Counted from the stretch's first letter, positions 1 to 10,802 are shown. The stretch is DNA of 64,000 nt from Candidatus Yanofskybacteria bacterium (GCA_003514055.1 DOSG01000002.1:79825-143824); one strand, 5' to 3'. Numbers and translations: made by a program. The notes: generated from the sequence alone by a model not told the origin.

Positions 1-183
1 CAGTCATTGGGACTGACTTATATTCTTGTAGTTCTAGTTTCGTGATTAGAGAATATGGTGTCGGGACTTATTTGAAAGAAGGCAGGAATGAACTTACCTT
101 TACTCCGACAAGAACTGGCTCAGTTAAATTTAGCTGTGCCATGGGCATGTATACAGGCATAATTAATGTCGTAGATTAAAATC

Positions 184-2415
184 ATGGAACATACTAAAAA
201 AATATATACAATTAAGGGGATGCACTGCGCCTCTTGCGTGTTGATGATTGAGAAGTCACTAAAAAAGATTGATGGCGTTGTGGAGGCAAACGTTAATTTA
301 GCTAACGAGAAAGCTACGATTACCTTCGATCGTAATAAGGTTGATGACAACAAGATTATGTCAACAGTTTCTAGTGCTGGCTACGAAGCCATGGTTCAAG
401 AAGAGACCATGAGTGCCGATGAGCATAGGGAGCACATGGTTAAAGATCTCGGTAAGTTGAAGTGGGAAGTGGTGGTTAGTCTTGTATTGGGTGGGCTAAT
501 ATTGTGGGGCAGTTTTCCAGGATTGATGGATACGGCACCAGCGATTTTGAGGAATTTTTGGCTGCAGCTAATTATTGCCACTCCAGTTCAATTCTGGTTT
601 GGCAGGCAGTTCTATAAATCGGCAATTAGAGCTATCGCTCATGGAAATGCGAACATGGATGTTCTCGTGGTTATAGGCACGACCGTGGCGTATATCTATT
701 CCATATTCGTAATTATCTTCCCCGAATACGTCAAAGCAATTGGAGTCGAAGCAATGCCATACTTCGATGTCTCTTCGTTGATAATTGGGCTAATACTTTT
801 GGGAAGATTTCTGGAGTCGCGAGCGAAGCTGGGAACGTCGGAAGCGATCAAAAAATTACTACAACTTCAGGCCAAAAGTGCACGGGTAATTCGAGATGGG
901 ATTGAAGTTGATGTGCCCATTGAGGCTGTGGTTATCGGCGATCTGATTAGGGTTAAGCCTGGCGAGAAAATTCCCGTTGATGGAATTATTATGGAGGGCG
1001 AATCATGGGTAGATGAATCCATGATTACTGGCGAGAGTATGCCAGTAACTAAAAAGAAGAATGATTCGGTTGTTGGGGCTACCATAAACAAGAATGGAGC
1101 TTTTATCTTTCGGGCGGAGAAAATTGGATCGGAGACCATGTTAGCCAGAATTGTAAAAATGGTTCAGGAAGCTCAAGGCAGTAAGGCGCCGATTCAGCGA
1201 TTGGCCGATCAAGTTTCGTCGTATTTTGTTCCGATTGTTATTGTGCTTGCCATCGTTACCTTCGGCGTTTGGTATATTTGGGGGCCCGCGCCGACGCTAT
1301 CCTATGCTCTACTTAATGCAATTGCCGTACTTATAATTGCTTGTCCGTGTGCTATGGGTTTAGCCACGCCAACGGCAATAATGGTTGGTACGGGAAAGGG
1401 TGCCGAGAATGGGATTCTTATTAAAGATGCCGAGAGCCTGGAGATCGCCCACAAGGTTGATGCGGTAATATTCGACAAAACCGGAACGCTTACAGTCGGC
1501 AAGCCGGAAGTAACCGATGTTAAATTCGTTGAAGGTTATGACGAGAAGGCAATTTTGAGAATAGCCGCTTCACTGGAAGTTAATTCGGAGCATCCTTTGG
1601 CTGAGAGTATAGTCAACCAGGCCAAGAGGCTGAATATAGGTATTCAAGCGGTGGTAGGTTTTAGGGCGATTCCTGGACTTGGTGTCGAGGGTGTAATTGG
1701 TGACACTAAATATAGTATTGGTAGTAGGAAGCTATCCGAAAATAATGGCATAGATCTCGGGGATTTAAAGCACTCGATAGACTCGCTTGAAGATAGCGCT
1801 AAGACGGTAATGATTCTTGGATCTGAGGATGGAGTCATCGGTTTGATCGCTGTGGCAGATGTAATTAAGGACAGCGCCGTTGCCGGCGTAGAAGTTCTTA
1901 AGCAAATGGGGATCGAGGTTATTATGCTAACGGGTGATAATAAAAAAACGGCTAATGCTATCGCTGCGAAATTAAACATAGGCAGGGTATTGGCTGAGGT
2001 TTTGCCAGATGAGAAAGAGGCCGAAGTAAAAAGAGTCCAGTCGGAGAATAAGATCGTGGCTATGATAGGTGATGGTATCAACGATGCGCCGGCCCTAGCT
2101 CAAGCCGATGTCGGCATTGCTATGGGTAGCGGCACCGACGTCGCCATCGAAGCGGCCGACATAACATTAGTTAATAAAAACTTGAGATCGATCGCGTCAG
2201 CGATAAGTCTTTCTAGGCAAACCATGAAGACGATCAGGTTGAATCTGTTTTGGGCGTTTGGATATAATATTATTCTAATTCCCGTAGCCATGGGCGCACT
2301 GTACCCGTTCTTCGGTTTGTTATTGAATCCGATATTCGCTTCGGCGGCGATGGCACTTAGCTCGGTGTCGGTGGTATCGAATTCGCTTCTATTGAAACGT
2401 AAAAAAATAATTTGA
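184..2415 (+). CDS. copA: Copper-translocating P1B-type ATPase
   Basis: N-terminal GMHCASC HMA motif, [22 protein letters not shown]/MxxSS transmembrane motifs. Confidence 0.95.
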   Translation: MEHTKKIYTIKGMHCASCVLMIEKSLKKIDGVVEANVNLANEKATITFDRNKVDDNKIMSTVSSAGYEAMVQEETMSADEHREHMVKDLGKLKWEVVVSLVLGGLILWGSFPGLMDTAPAILRNFWLQLIIATPVQFWFGRQFYKSAIRAIAHGNANMDVLVVIGTTVAYIYSIFVIIFPEYVKAIGVEAMPYFDVSSLIIGLILLGRFLESRAKLGTSEAIKKLLQLQAKSARVIRDGIEVDVPIEAVVIGDLIRVKPGEKIPVDGIIMEGESWVDESMITGESMPVTKKKNDSVVGATINKNGAFIFRAEKIGSETMLARIVKMVQEAQGSKAPIQRLADQVSSYFVPIVIVLAIVTFGVWYIWGPAPTLSYALLNAIAVLIIACPCAMGLATPTAIMVGTGKGAENGILIKDAESLEIAHKVDAVIFDKTGTLTVGKPEVTDVKFVEGYDEKAILRIAASLEVNSEHPLAESIVNQAKRLNIGIQAVVGFRAIPGLGVEGVIGDTKYSIGSRKLSENNGIDLGDLKHSIDSLEDSAKTVMILGSEDGVIGLIAVADVIKDSAVAGVEVLKQMGIEVIMLTGDNKKTANAIAAKLNIGRVLAEVLPDEKEAEVKRVQSENKIVAMIGDGINDAPALAQADVGIAMGSGTDVAIEAADITLVNKNLRSIASAISLSRQTMKTIRLNLFWAFGYNIILIPVAMGALYPFFGLLLNPIFASAAMALSSVSVVSNSLLLKRKKII

Positions 2416-2452
2416 TAGGCGATGCTATCGAATTGGTGAAATAGGTAGTAGG

Positions 2453-2493
2453 TTATAGCATAAGACGGGCCAACGGCCCGTCTTATGCTATAA
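2453..2493. terminator. Perfect 19-bp hairpin after copA, overlapping the TGCTATAAT -10 of the next gene
   Basis: TTATAGCATAAGACGGGCC-AAC-GGCCCGTCTTATGCTATAA. Confidence 0.6.
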
Positions 2494-2536
2494 TGCGTAC
2501 AACAATAATTGTAACTGGCGACTTATCGCTGATGGT

Positions 2537-3565
2537 ATGACCGACAAAAATAAAAGTATCATATATGCTACCGTGGGGTTTATGTTTATGGCCGTATTCT
2601 TTGTTTTGGGGTACACGCATAATGATCAGGAGATAAAAGATTTTACTAAGACTAATATTGTTAAAGAAAAGATTACTGTCGAGCCCACGCCGAGTCCTGC
2701 GAGTAAAAATGGGGCCTCTATTATTTTTGTGGGCGATGTCATGACGTCACGAACAGTGGCTCAGAAAATGAAAAAGAATGGGTATGATTATCCGTTCTCA
2801 GCCATGGCGGGATATCTAAAAAGCGCTGACATGGTTTTCGCTAATCTAGAGACGCCCATAACGTCTGGGCCAAGCGTAAGTAGTGGAGATGTCGTTTTCC
2901 GTTCTGACCCAGAGGTTGCCGGTGCCTTGGCTCGCGCTAATATCAAAATAGTTTCTTTGGCCAACAATCATTCGATGAATTTTGGTGTTCAGGGCATAGC
3001 CGATACTTTCAAATATCTTATATCGGCTGGTGTCGATTTCGTGGGTGCCGGTAATAATGAAGTGGAAGCTTATGGGCCAAAATACATAAATATAAACGGG
3101 ATCAAGTTCGCGTTCTTGGCTTTTACTGATATCGACGTACTTCCTCCAGGAGCCGCTATAGAAGTGATTCAGCCAGGCGTAGCTATAATGGATTTAGCTA
3201 AGGCCAAGAAGGCAATTCAGGTAGCTAAAGGCATTGCCGATGTGATTGTTGTCTCGATGCACTCGGGTACAGAATATACCGACGTGCCCAATCAAAGACA
3301 AACAAGTTTCGCTCGAGGCGCTGTGGATGCGGGCGCTGATTTGGTTATTGGGCATCATCCGCATTGGACTCAAACGGTAGAGGAATATAAGGGCAAATAC
3401 ATTTTCTACAGTTTAGGCAATTTTGTATTTGATCAGATGTGGTCACAGAAAACCCGTGAAGGTGAAATTGTAAAAATATATTTTTCAAAGGATGGAGTCG
3501 AAAAATACGATTTGACTAGAATCGTTATTGACGATTATTCTAGGCCAAGGATAGTCCAGCCCTAA
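2537..3565 (+). CDS. CapA/PgsA-family metallophosphoesterase (poly-gamma-glutamate synthesis-like)
   Basis: GDVM, NLETP, LANNH, GHHPH, YSLGNFVFDQ motifs; N-terminal TM helix. Confidence 0.9.
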   Translation: MTDKNKSIIYATVGFMFMAVFFVLGYTHNDQEIKDFTKTNIVKEKITVEPTPSPASKNGASIIFVGDVMTSRTVAQKMKKNGYDYPFSAMAGYLKSADMVFANLETPITSGPSVSSGDVVFRSDPEVAGALARANIKIVSLANNHSMNFGVQGIADTFKYLISAGVDFVGAGNNEVEAYGPKYININGIKFAFLAFTDIDVLPPGAAIEVIQPGVAIMDLAKAKKAIQVAKGIADVIVVSMHSGTEYTDVPNQRQTSFARGAVDAGADLVIGHHPHWTQTVEEYKGKYIFYSLGNFVFDQMWSQKTREGEIVKIYFSKDGVEKYDLTRIVIDDYSRPRIVQP

Positions 3566-3675
3566 CGGACATTTTCTCATCAAGGGCCCGCTTCTTGGTT
3601 CTCGGGGCGCGAGATTAGACATGAGCCGTATGGCTCATTTGTTTTTTTCGAGGAAAAAGGTATAAATAAATTGCG

Positions 3676-5517
3676 ATGCCAGACGATAATATTTCAAAAA
3701 TAAAAGAGCGGCTAGACGTAGTCGGAGTCCTTTCTGGCTATATCAAAGTTCAGAAGGCGGGTATGAATTTCAAGGCACGTTGCCCGTTTCATAATGAGAA
3801 GACGCCATCTTTCTATATATCGCCAGAGAGGCAGATTTGGCATTGTTTTGGTTGTCAAAAAGGCGGCGATATATTTGCTTTCGTAAAAGAGATCGAGGGC
3901 GTCGAATTTCCAGATGCTATGCGCATACTGGCTCAGAAAGCTGGCATACAATTACAGCACTACGAGCTAATCGATCAGAAAAAAGACGAGAAAGCCATTC
4001 TGTATGATATCGTCGAATTAGCAACTAAGTTTTTCGAGAAACAACTTAGGGCCTCTAGAACGGGCATGCAGGCACTAAAGTATTTGAAAGAAAGAGGCCT
4101 CGAAGAGGGCACCATAGATGAATTTAGATTGGGCTTTGCGGCTAACGATTGGGAGGCCTTGTCATCTTTTTTAAGAGAGAGGGGATATAAGGAGCAAGAT
4201 ATCGTGGCCGCGGGTATGGCCATCAAGAGAGAAAATAAGAGTGGCGCTTATGACCGATTTCGTTCTCGAATTATATTCCCCATATTTGATCTAAACGGGA
4301 GGGTGGTCGGCTTCACGGGCAGAGTGTTTCAAGCAGAAAGACCGTTAGAGACTAAGGGCGAAGAGCCAGCTAAATATATTAACACGCCCCAGACTTCCAT
4401 TTATGACAAAAGTATGGTATTGTACGGCTTAAGTAAGGCGAAACAGAGTATACGCCAATCAGACAAATGTCTGCTGGTCGAGGGCAATATGGATGCCCTC
4501 ATGTCGTACCAGGCCGGCGTTACTAATGTAGTCGCCACATCCGGCACAGCGCTGACACCAAATCATTTAAAAATCCTACAGCGCTATACAAGTAATTTGG
4601 ATTTCTCATTCGATACCGATCAGGCCGGAGCGATAGCAACAAGAAGGGGCATAGGCCTCGCCTTAGCCCAAAATTTCAGTGTAAAAGTAGTTTCAATAGA
4701 AGATCCTTTATGCAAGGATCCGGCTGACTTTGTCCAGAAGCATGGTTCCAAATGGGCCGAGTTAGTTTCTGCATCAAAGCCGGTCATACAGTTCTATTTC
4801 GACAATTTGAGATCGCAGATAAACCCGTCATCGGTTGACGGGAAGAAAGCCGTTATTGCGGCGCTGGCACCTTTTATAAGAAGAATTGTCAGCAAAGTTG
4901 AGAAGGACCATTGGATTAGTCACTTGGCATCCTTTTTAAAAACTAAGGAAGAGGCACTTGAGGCTGATGTCTTAGCGGCTAAAGATGATTTAGGTGTTTA
5001 TGAAGGGGGTTCGAATGTCTCGGCTGGGCCAGTCCCAACGGTGGCTGCCGTGGGGTGGGCACCTGATAATGAATTGGCTGTGGATATACTTAGCGAGGCG
5101 CTGTTATCCATCATCATAAAGAATCCATCGATTTTTAAAGATGAGCTGGTCAAGATCAATCTGGACTTAATTGATCCTCGCGTATCTGGTGTTGTGACGG
5201 TGCTATCTAAGCTAGATCTAGAGAACTTTAATTTCGCCGAGGTCGTTAAGGGTTTTGACGGTGCGGCGGCGATGAAGCTAGAGTTTGCCTTCCTGAGGTC
5301 ACAAGAACTCTGGAAAGATTTTCAAGACGAAGATCTAAGGATAGAATTCAAGTCTGTTTTGCAAAAAATAGTTCACCGTTCGATTGTCGCTCGTCTAGTC
5401 AATCTCGAATACGAGATGAAAGAAGCCGAGATGACGGGTGATAAAGATAAGATTAGTGAATTGATATCGAAGTTCACAAATCTAACCAAGGAATTGGTTG
5501 AGATAAATAACATATAA
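3676..5517 (+). CDS. dnaG: DNA primase
   Basis: CPFH..CFGC zinc finger, KYINTP, EGxMD Toprim, FDTDQAG. Confidence 0.97.
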   Translation: MPDDNISKIKERLDVVGVLSGYIKVQKAGMNFKARCPFHNEKTPSFYISPERQIWHCFGCQKGGDIFAFVKEIEGVEFPDAMRILAQKAGIQLQHYELIDQKKDEKAILYDIVELATKFFEKQLRASRTGMQALKYLKERGLEEGTIDEFRLGFAANDWEALSSFLRERGYKEQDIVAAGMAIKRENKSGAYDRFRSRIIFPIFDLNGRVVGFTGRVFQAERPLETKGEEPAKYINTPQTSIYDKSMVLYGLSKAKQSIRQSDKCLLVEGNMDALMSYQAGVTNVVATSGTALTPNHLKILQRYTSNLDFSFDTDQAGAIATRRGIGLALAQNFSVKVVSIEDPLCKDPADFVQKHGSKWAELVSASKPVIQFYFDNLRSQINPSSVDGKKAVIAALAPFIRRIVSKVEKDHWISHLASFLKTKEEALEADVLAAKDDLGVYEGGSNVSAGPVPTVAAVGWAPDNELAVDILSEALLSIIIKNPSIFKDELVKINLDLIDPRVSGVVTVLSKLDLENFNFAEVVKGFDGAAAMKLEFAFLRSQELWKDFQDEDLRIEFKSVLQKIVHRSIVARLVNLEYEMKEAEMTGDKDKISELISKFTNLTKELVEINNI

Positions 5518-5518
5518 A

Positions 5519-6712
5519 ATGGCCAAAAAAACAAAAAAGACGACTGCGAAGAAAGCGATCAAGCCCAAGAATAAAGTTAAAGCTCCAAAAACCAAGAAGA
5601 AGGTAGCTAAGAAGTCTAAAGCTCCTGGTAAGATAATTTTAAGCGAAAGCAGCGTTCTTGCTTTGATCGAAAAAGGACGCCACAGAGGCTTTGTAACTCA
5701 GGCCGAAGTCTTAAATTCTTTTCCCAATATTGAGAAGGATATTAAGGGCCTAGAGGCCTTGTATGACAAACTCGATGCGGCAAATGTTAATGTTATTGAA
5801 TCTGGCAGGGTTTTTCATGAAGAATCAGTCAAAGAGTACGATGCTAAGAAAAAAATCGAAACTGAGTTTGGCGATTCTTCGTCAGATTCGGTGCAGATGT
5901 ATTTGAAAGAGATCGGGCAATATCCACTTTTAACTAGCGAGGAAGAAATTGAATTGGCTAAAAGAATTGAGAAGGACGACGAAGCGGCTCGTCAGAAGCT
6001 GGCTCTTTCGAACTTAAGATTGGTGGTCTCGATCGCCAAGAAGTACGTGGGGCGCTCGGCTAATTTGACTCTGCTTGATTTGATTCAAGAGGGGAATATT
6101 GGGTTATTTAAGGCCGTAGAAAAGTTTGATTACAAAAAGGGATATAAATTCTCAACCTATGCTACTTGGTGGATTAGGCAAGCTATTACTCGTGCCTTAG
6201 CTGACCAAGGCAGAACTATCCGCATTCCGGTGCACATGGTTGAGACTATAAATAAATACCAACAGGTAGTACGACGCTTAGTGCAGGATCTTGGTCGTGA
6301 GCCTATGCCGGAAGAGACTGCTTCAGAGATGGGCATTGCCGTGGATAAGGTTAGGCACATCATGAAGATCTCACAGGAAACGATTTCTCTCGAAGCGCCG
6401 GTGGGCGATGATGATGATCAGGATTCAAGTCTAGAGAGTTTTATTCCAGACGAAGATACGATTTCGCCATCGATGTCCGCCGCTAGAAAAATATTAAAAT
6501 CATATATTAACGAAATCATCGCCGACTTAACTCCAAGAGAGCAGAAAATACTAGATATGAGATTTGGATTGACCGATGGCGTGACTCACACTCTCGAAGA
6601 GGTTGGTAAGGTGTTTGCCGTTACTCGCGAGCGTATTAGACAAATTGAAGCCAAGGCTTTGGATAAAATTCGACAACATCACAAGTTGGGCAAGTTAAAG
6701 GGCTACGAATAG
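5519..6712 (+). CDS. rpoD: Primary sigma factor
   Basis: [44 protein letters not shown]; follows dnaG. Confidence 0.97.
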   Translation: MAKKTKKTTAKKAIKPKNKVKAPKTKKKVAKKSKAPGKIILSESSVLALIEKGRHRGFVTQAEVLNSFPNIEKDIKGLEALYDKLDAANVNVIESGRVFHEESVKEYDAKKKIETEFGDSSSDSVQMYLKEIGQYPLLTSEEEIELAKRIEKDDEAARQKLALSNLRLVVSIAKKYVGRSANLTLLDLIQEGNIGLFKAVEKFDYKKGYKFSTYATWWIRQAITRALADQGRTIRIPVHMVETINKYQQVVRRLVQDLGREPMPEETASEMGIAVDKVRHIMKISQETISLEAPVGDDDDQDSSLESFIPDEDTISPSMSAARKILKSYINEIIADLTPREQKILDMRFGLTDGVTHTLEEVGKVFAVTRERIRQIEAKALDKIRQHHKLGKLKGYE

Positions 6713-6724
6713 CCGAGACAACTC

Positions 6725-6769
6725 GTCTCAAATCAAATGGCGGCCTTTGGCCGCCATTTGATTTGAGAC
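6725..6769 (+). terminator. Perfect 21-bp hairpin after rpoD
   Basis: GTCTCAAATCAAATGGCGGCC-TTT-GGCCGCCATTTGATTTGAGAC. Confidence 0.65.
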
Positions 6770-6860
6770 CCTTGAATGCACGGAGTTCTTCTGTTAAAAT
6801 ATCTAAGTTCTTATAGAACAATACATTCCGCGATAGCTCAATGGTAGAGCGGCTCCCTGT

Positions 6861-7389
6861 GGAGACTATTCCTTCGAAATAGCGCTATAATGTTATTAAT
6901 GAAGGATAAAAGAACCTATGCCGATCGTCGCGAGGAATTGATAAAAGCGGTCGCCAAAAGGCGACGCAAAGTCAAAAGTCTAGCGATAGAATATAAGGGT
7001 GGCAAATGCCAAGTTTGTGGATATTGTAAGTATCAAGGAGCTCTTGATATGCACCACATATCTGATAAGCAATTTGGCATCGGAGATAAAGGATATACGA
7101 GATCTTGGGAAAAGATTAAACAAGAACTTGATAAATGTATCCTTGTCTGCGCAAATTGTCATCGTGAGATAGAAGGCGGCATAACGCAGCTTTCCGATCG
7201 AAAGACGGATTGAAACTTTTCGGGATAACGGTGAAGCCCTAGTCCGCCGACTGGTGGATGGGTAATACCGTGGGAACCTCGTAAATTTTACGAGGGCGCC
7301 GTAGAGACTAGATACCGAAACGCCTAAATCGTAAGGTAAGATAGGGCGAAGATATAGTCCACCCCGTGTCGTAAGACATGGATTACGTG
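6861..7389 (+). ncRNA. Group I intron inside the anticodon (between positions 35 and 36)
   Basis: 5' exon ends in U and intron ends in G; core-like segments AACGGTGAAGCCCT, GGTAATACCGTG, GTAGAGACTA and GAAGATATAGTCC (P7 pairing); GCAG at ~7186 can pair with exon CUGU as the IGS. Confidence 0.9.
6899..7213 (+). CDS. Intron-encoded HNH (Zn-binding) putative homing endonuclease
   Basis: CQVC..LDMHH..CILVCANCHREI; lies within the intron; TATAAT at 6886-6891 just before the ATG. Confidence 0.85.
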   Translation: MKDKRTYADRREELIKAVAKRRRKVKSLAIEYKGGKCQVCGYCKYQGALDMHHISDKQFGIGDKGYTRSWEKIKQELDKCILVCANCHREIEGGITQLSDRKTD

Positions 7390-9011
7390 TAAGGAGAAGG
7401 TTCCAGGTTCGAGTCCTGGTCGCGGAGCAGAGGGTTCAAACCAGCGCCCGAAAGGGCGTTTTGGTTTGGATTAGAGCCACTTTTTGGCGGTTCTAAAGTT
7501 TGTTTTTGTAGTTTTGCCTGTTCTGCCCTTTCTTTTATCCTTAATATCGGTTTTTTATAGAATTTGCCCAATATCTCGCCGTTTAAAGTAAGGTTCGAGA
7601 ATATAAGCGACATGAACTCTCTTTTTGCCGGTATGTCGTCTTTTAGTGATTCGTATATTTCTTTTGATTTTCTGGCCAATTCCATAAAAGAACTACCGAG
7701 TAAGAGGAAATGAGTATTGTTTTGTTTTAATTTTGATTTTTCATCGATAACCCTTTGTTGATCCTGGTCCCACGTTTGGATATTACGGTTGTATTGGTCT
7801 TCAGATATCTTGCCGTCTAGCTTGTCTATATAGCAACGATCCTTGCGTTGCTGAAGAATCTGGAATTGTCGATCCAGATTCTCGGTTGCATTTTCAAAGT
7901 AATTAACTTCTTCCCGATGATTGCTTTTTAGTACTTCCTGGACCAGGGCAATTTCGTCCGGATCAAGCCCTTGGTGGAACCAGTCGAATATCTCCTTGGC
8001 CTGGGCCTCTATCCGGTCCTCACGTGCGAATTTTAGGCCCCTACAACCCTTATAGCCGTTACATCGGTAATAGGTTCGCCCTTTATGTATCTCACCACAT
8101 ACGGTGCCACCACAGGCCTTACAGTAAACCAACTGCTTAAAGAGGTGGAAGTGCTTCCTGTGTTTAGGCGTTGTTTTGGAATGCATGAGGGACTGCACCT
8201 GGTCAAATAACTCTTTCGATATCAATGCCGGGTGCTTGGCCGGATAGATAACACCTTTCCAAACCATCGAACCGTAGTAAAAGGGATCAGACAAAAGTTC
8301 TGCAATCCGGCTTTTAAGTATCTTTCGGCCGGACTCATTTCTTAAACCTTCTCGATATAACAGCTCAACAAGTGATTTTAGTGAATGCTGACCGGAAGCA
8401 TACAATTCAAACATACGACGAGCATACGGCGATTTATTCTCATCAACTATGTGGATCTTCCTGCCCTTTTCTCCGATGGTCTTATAGCCGATAGGGGGCC
8501 TAGTGGGAAGCCAGCCCTCTTTCAGTTTTTGTGCCTGGCCCTTTTTAACCTCCTCGGACAGGTTGTTTGAGTAAAACCTAGCAATAGCAATTTTCATATC
8601 CCATACCAGATTCTCGTGGGCCTTGGTATTCTTATTTGCTATGAAGTTCTCTTTTACGAAGTGTACTTTTCGGTTTTCATTCTCAAAAACCCAATCGCCC
8701 GCTATAATTGCTTCTTTTTGATTTCGAGTCATCCGATCGATTTTCTCGCATAAGATGTTGCCAGTATTATGGTCAACAGCATAATCAATCATCTGCTTAA
8801 ATATCTTTCGTGTCTGTTTTCCGCTTGCTGATTCTGGTACAGAGAACTCCTTAACGATCTTAAGGTTTTTGGAAGCAGCATAAGTCCTGAGCAACTCCGA
8901 TTGCGCGGCTAGGGAATACCCTTCTTCTGCCTGTTCTTTAGTGGATACCCGGCAATATAGAATTGCACAGTCGACTCTTATTCTTTGTATTTTTTGGTTT
9001 TCGGAAGCCAT
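7383..9011 (-). CDS. Large serine recombinase (resolvase + recombinase + Zn-ribbon + coiled coil)
   Basis: YCRVSTKEQ catalytic Ser, ESAS..R..F, KIDRMTRN, PPIGY, CKACG..YYRC; C-terminus is antisense to tRNA exon 2. Confidence 0.93.
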   Translation of the reverse strand: MASENQKIQRIRVDCAILYCRVSTKEQAEEGYSLAAQSELLRTYAASKNLKIVKEFSVPESASGKQTRKIFKQMIDYAVDHNTGNILCEKIDRMTRNQKEAIIAGDWVFENENRKVHFVKENFIANKNTKAHENLVWDMKIAIARFYSNNLSEEVKKGQAQKLKEGWLPTRPPIGYKTIGEKGRKIHIVDENKSPYARRMFELYASGQHSLKSLVELLYREGLRNESGRKILKSRIAELLSDPFYYGSMVWKGVIYPAKHPALISKELFDQVQSLMHSKTTPKHRKHFHLFKQLVYCKACGGTVCGEIHKGRTYYRCNGYKGCRGLKFAREDRIEAQAKEIFDWFHQGLDPDEIALVQEVLKSNHREEVNYFENATENLDRQFQILQQRKDRCYIDKLDGKISEDQYNRNIQTWDQDQQRVIDEKSKLKQNNTHFLLLGSSFMELARKSKEIYESLKDDIPAKREFMSLIFSNLTLNGEILGKFYKKPILRIKERAEQAKLQKQTLEPPKSGSNPNQNALSGAGLNPLLRDQDSNLEPSPYT

Positions 9012-9062
9012 TTCATTAAATTAGGGGTTGATTACATTAACGCTTAAGTTTGGAATCAATTC

Positions 9063-9246
9063 AAGTCTGTCATAATGGCTAATTTAGGTGGGATAAGCCT
9101 GGAGCAACTTTCCTAATATCCTTTATTTAAGCCATTTTTATAATGGTTTGATTCTCGACTTTTCCCAGCGGGTGATTTTCCGAAAAGTCTGATTTATGGC
9201 TAAAAAGTTCTGACCGGCTTTCCAAATATCCTTTATTTAAGCCATT
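9063..9246. repeat. Tandem direct repeats (iteron/origin-like)
   Basis: CTTTCCWAATATCCTTTATTTAAGCCATT at 9108-9136 and 9218-9246; AAGTCTG..ATGGCTAA at 9063 and 9185; followed by an AT-rich tract. Confidence 0.75.
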
Positions 9247-9350
9247 ATTCTAGTAATTAATTTTAGACTTTTTATCTAAGACATTTTTATAACTTTTTCT
9301 TACTATTCTTATTTGTGTAAGCATAACCTTACGGGGCTATGCGATTATGT

Positions 9351-9749
9351 TTATAGGGGCTGTGAATTTTTATTTACACGTCTATCAACTACGCCGGTCT
9401 TATCCACAAATACCAGTGGTCTATATACGCAGACTGATCCATTTGTTGCTCTCTGGCTTTCTAGAAACCCCTTCTTAACGATTTTCTTTATGTTATTCAA
9501 GATGGTAATCCTGCTATTTTTTGAATTTAGGCCGATATCTTTTGCGATAGTATTGTGACTTACTCTGCACTGCCCCTTATTAAAAGTTCTCATAAGTATA
9601 GTTGCGTAGACTCTCATCTCTGAGTTTGTGAGTCCGCTACCCTTTATGATTTGATTAGGGACCATTGTAAACCCAAGCTCCTCCCATTTTTTAAGGCCTA
9701 ACCTTGATATTAGTTTTTGCAGAGCTATAGTTCGTCCTATTTGTTGCAT
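9351..9749 (-). CDS. Helix-turn-helix protein resembling phage/plasmid replication-initiator N-termini
   Basis: FTMVPN..LTNSEMRVY..CRVSHNTIAKDIG..I.NNIKKIVKKGFL wHTH pattern. Confidence 0.7.
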   Translation of the reverse strand: MQQIGRTIALQKLISRLGLKKWEELGFTMVPNQIIKGSGLTNSEMRVYATILMRTFNKGQCRVSHNTIAKDIGLNSKNSRITILNNIKKIVKKGFLESQRATNGSVCVYRPLVFVDKTGVVDRRVNKNSQPL

Positions 9750-9916
9750 GGTTTATTTGTTGCCTCTTTTTTTGCTTGATTCTTAATAAGCCAACTAAAA
9801 AGCTGACATAGTGTTCTAAGATGTTCTTCCGCTTCAAGATCGGATTCAAAATCCTTCCCATATATTTTGCGGTATAGCTCTCGCATCTTTTTAATTTGTT
9901 CTTTAGATATAATCAA
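9737..9916 (-). CDS. Small hypothetical protein (59 aa, not in ORF track)
   Basis: Manual translation MIISKEQIKKMRELYRKIYGKDFESDLEAEEHLRTLCQLFSW...; stop overlaps the start of the HTH gene. Confidence 0.55.
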   Translation of the reverse strand: MIISKEQIKKMRELYRKIYGKDFESDLEAEEHLRTLCQLFSWLIKNQAKKEATNKPCNK

Positions 9917-10037
9917 AGCCGCCGGCTCATGGGGATAAACCGGCGGCTTTGGTCCCCATGAAAATAAATAACCTGATGGTTATACCACCAGGTTATTCTG
10001 TCTTAACGACGATGACTAAGTATTAAGTGAGGTACAC

Positions 10038-10802
10038 TTACTTTCGCCTTTTTTTCTCGATGGAGATGATTTTTCCGATACTGCCTGCATCTATTGAGCG
10101 CGTCAGCTTTTCGGGGAACATTTCGCAGACTAGGTTTGCGAGTTTTTTTCTCGACATGTGACGATTCCTATAGATGAAGTCGGTCATCTCGCGACTCCCT
10201 TCTCTTCTAGTCCTGACCTGGAGTAGCCTGCTTTCTTCCCCAGATCTTTCTCCAGCGATGCGTTTCCAATTCTTGCTTATAAAGTCGATCAGATCCCGCT
10301 TGGTTGCATCTTTGTGAACCCCGATTGCGATAGGATACTCATCGCCGCGATTAACCACTTCTTTTAGTAAGGCCATGGGGCTGTTCCCGTTATCTGGGTC
10401 AAACCCACCGTCGTAAGTTGATAGATCTTCAGCTAGGTTAAAAATCTCAATAACCCCATAATCAAAATCTGGTTTTAGGTGGACAAATCTCTCTATGTCA
10501 TTATAGAAAATATATACCTTAGACAGGAACACAACGGCCCAATGTTTTATTGGAAACCCTGAGATCAGGTTCTCTATATCTCGGTTCAACTCTCTGTATA
10601 AGTCCCCGGACCCAAAATTAATCGGGAATGTTTGCTGGTTTATCTCTGGTAGTTCTTTATCTGAAATTGAAATCCCACTTGGAAGAATCCCATATTTTAC
10701 CCTAAGCTCTCTAGCGGTTTTTTGGAACGAGTCAGTTCTTAAGAAATCTCTAAAGGTATTAATAACCTTTTTGTTTGATTTATTTTTCCCCATGATTATC
10801 AC
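10038..10802 (-). CDS. Hypothetical protein, possible C-terminal HTH regulator
   Basis: 254-aa ORF; basic helical C-terminus. Confidence 0.6.
   Translation of the reverse strand: MIIMGKNKSNKKVINTFRDFLRTDSFQKTARELRVKYGILPSGISISDKELPEINQQTFPINFGSGDLYRELNRDIENLISGFPIKHWAVVFLSKVYIFYNDIERFVHLKPDFDYGVIEIFNLAEDLSTYDGGFDPDNGNSPMALLKEVVNRGDEYPIAIGVHKDATKRDLIDFISKNWKRIAGERSGEESRLLQVRTRREGSREMTDFIYRNRHMSRKKLANLVCEMFPEKLTRSIDAGSIGKIISIEKKRRK

Larger units (their letters stand above)
6827..7427 (+). tRNA. tRNA-Asn(GUU), intron-interrupted (exon1 6827-6860, exon2 7390-7427)
   Basis: Joined exons give TCCGCGA TA GCTC AATGGTA GAGC G GCTCC CT-GTT-AA GGAGA AGGTT CCAGG TTCGAGT CCTGG TCGCGGA G, a complete cloverleaf; CCA not encoded. 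Confidence 0.93.

Noticed and set aside
120-2291. Many short antisense or nested ORFs in the track (here and throughout, e.g. 17317-17733, 35507-36440, 47720-48319)
   Set aside because: Shadow frames of well-supported genes, without motifs or RBS.
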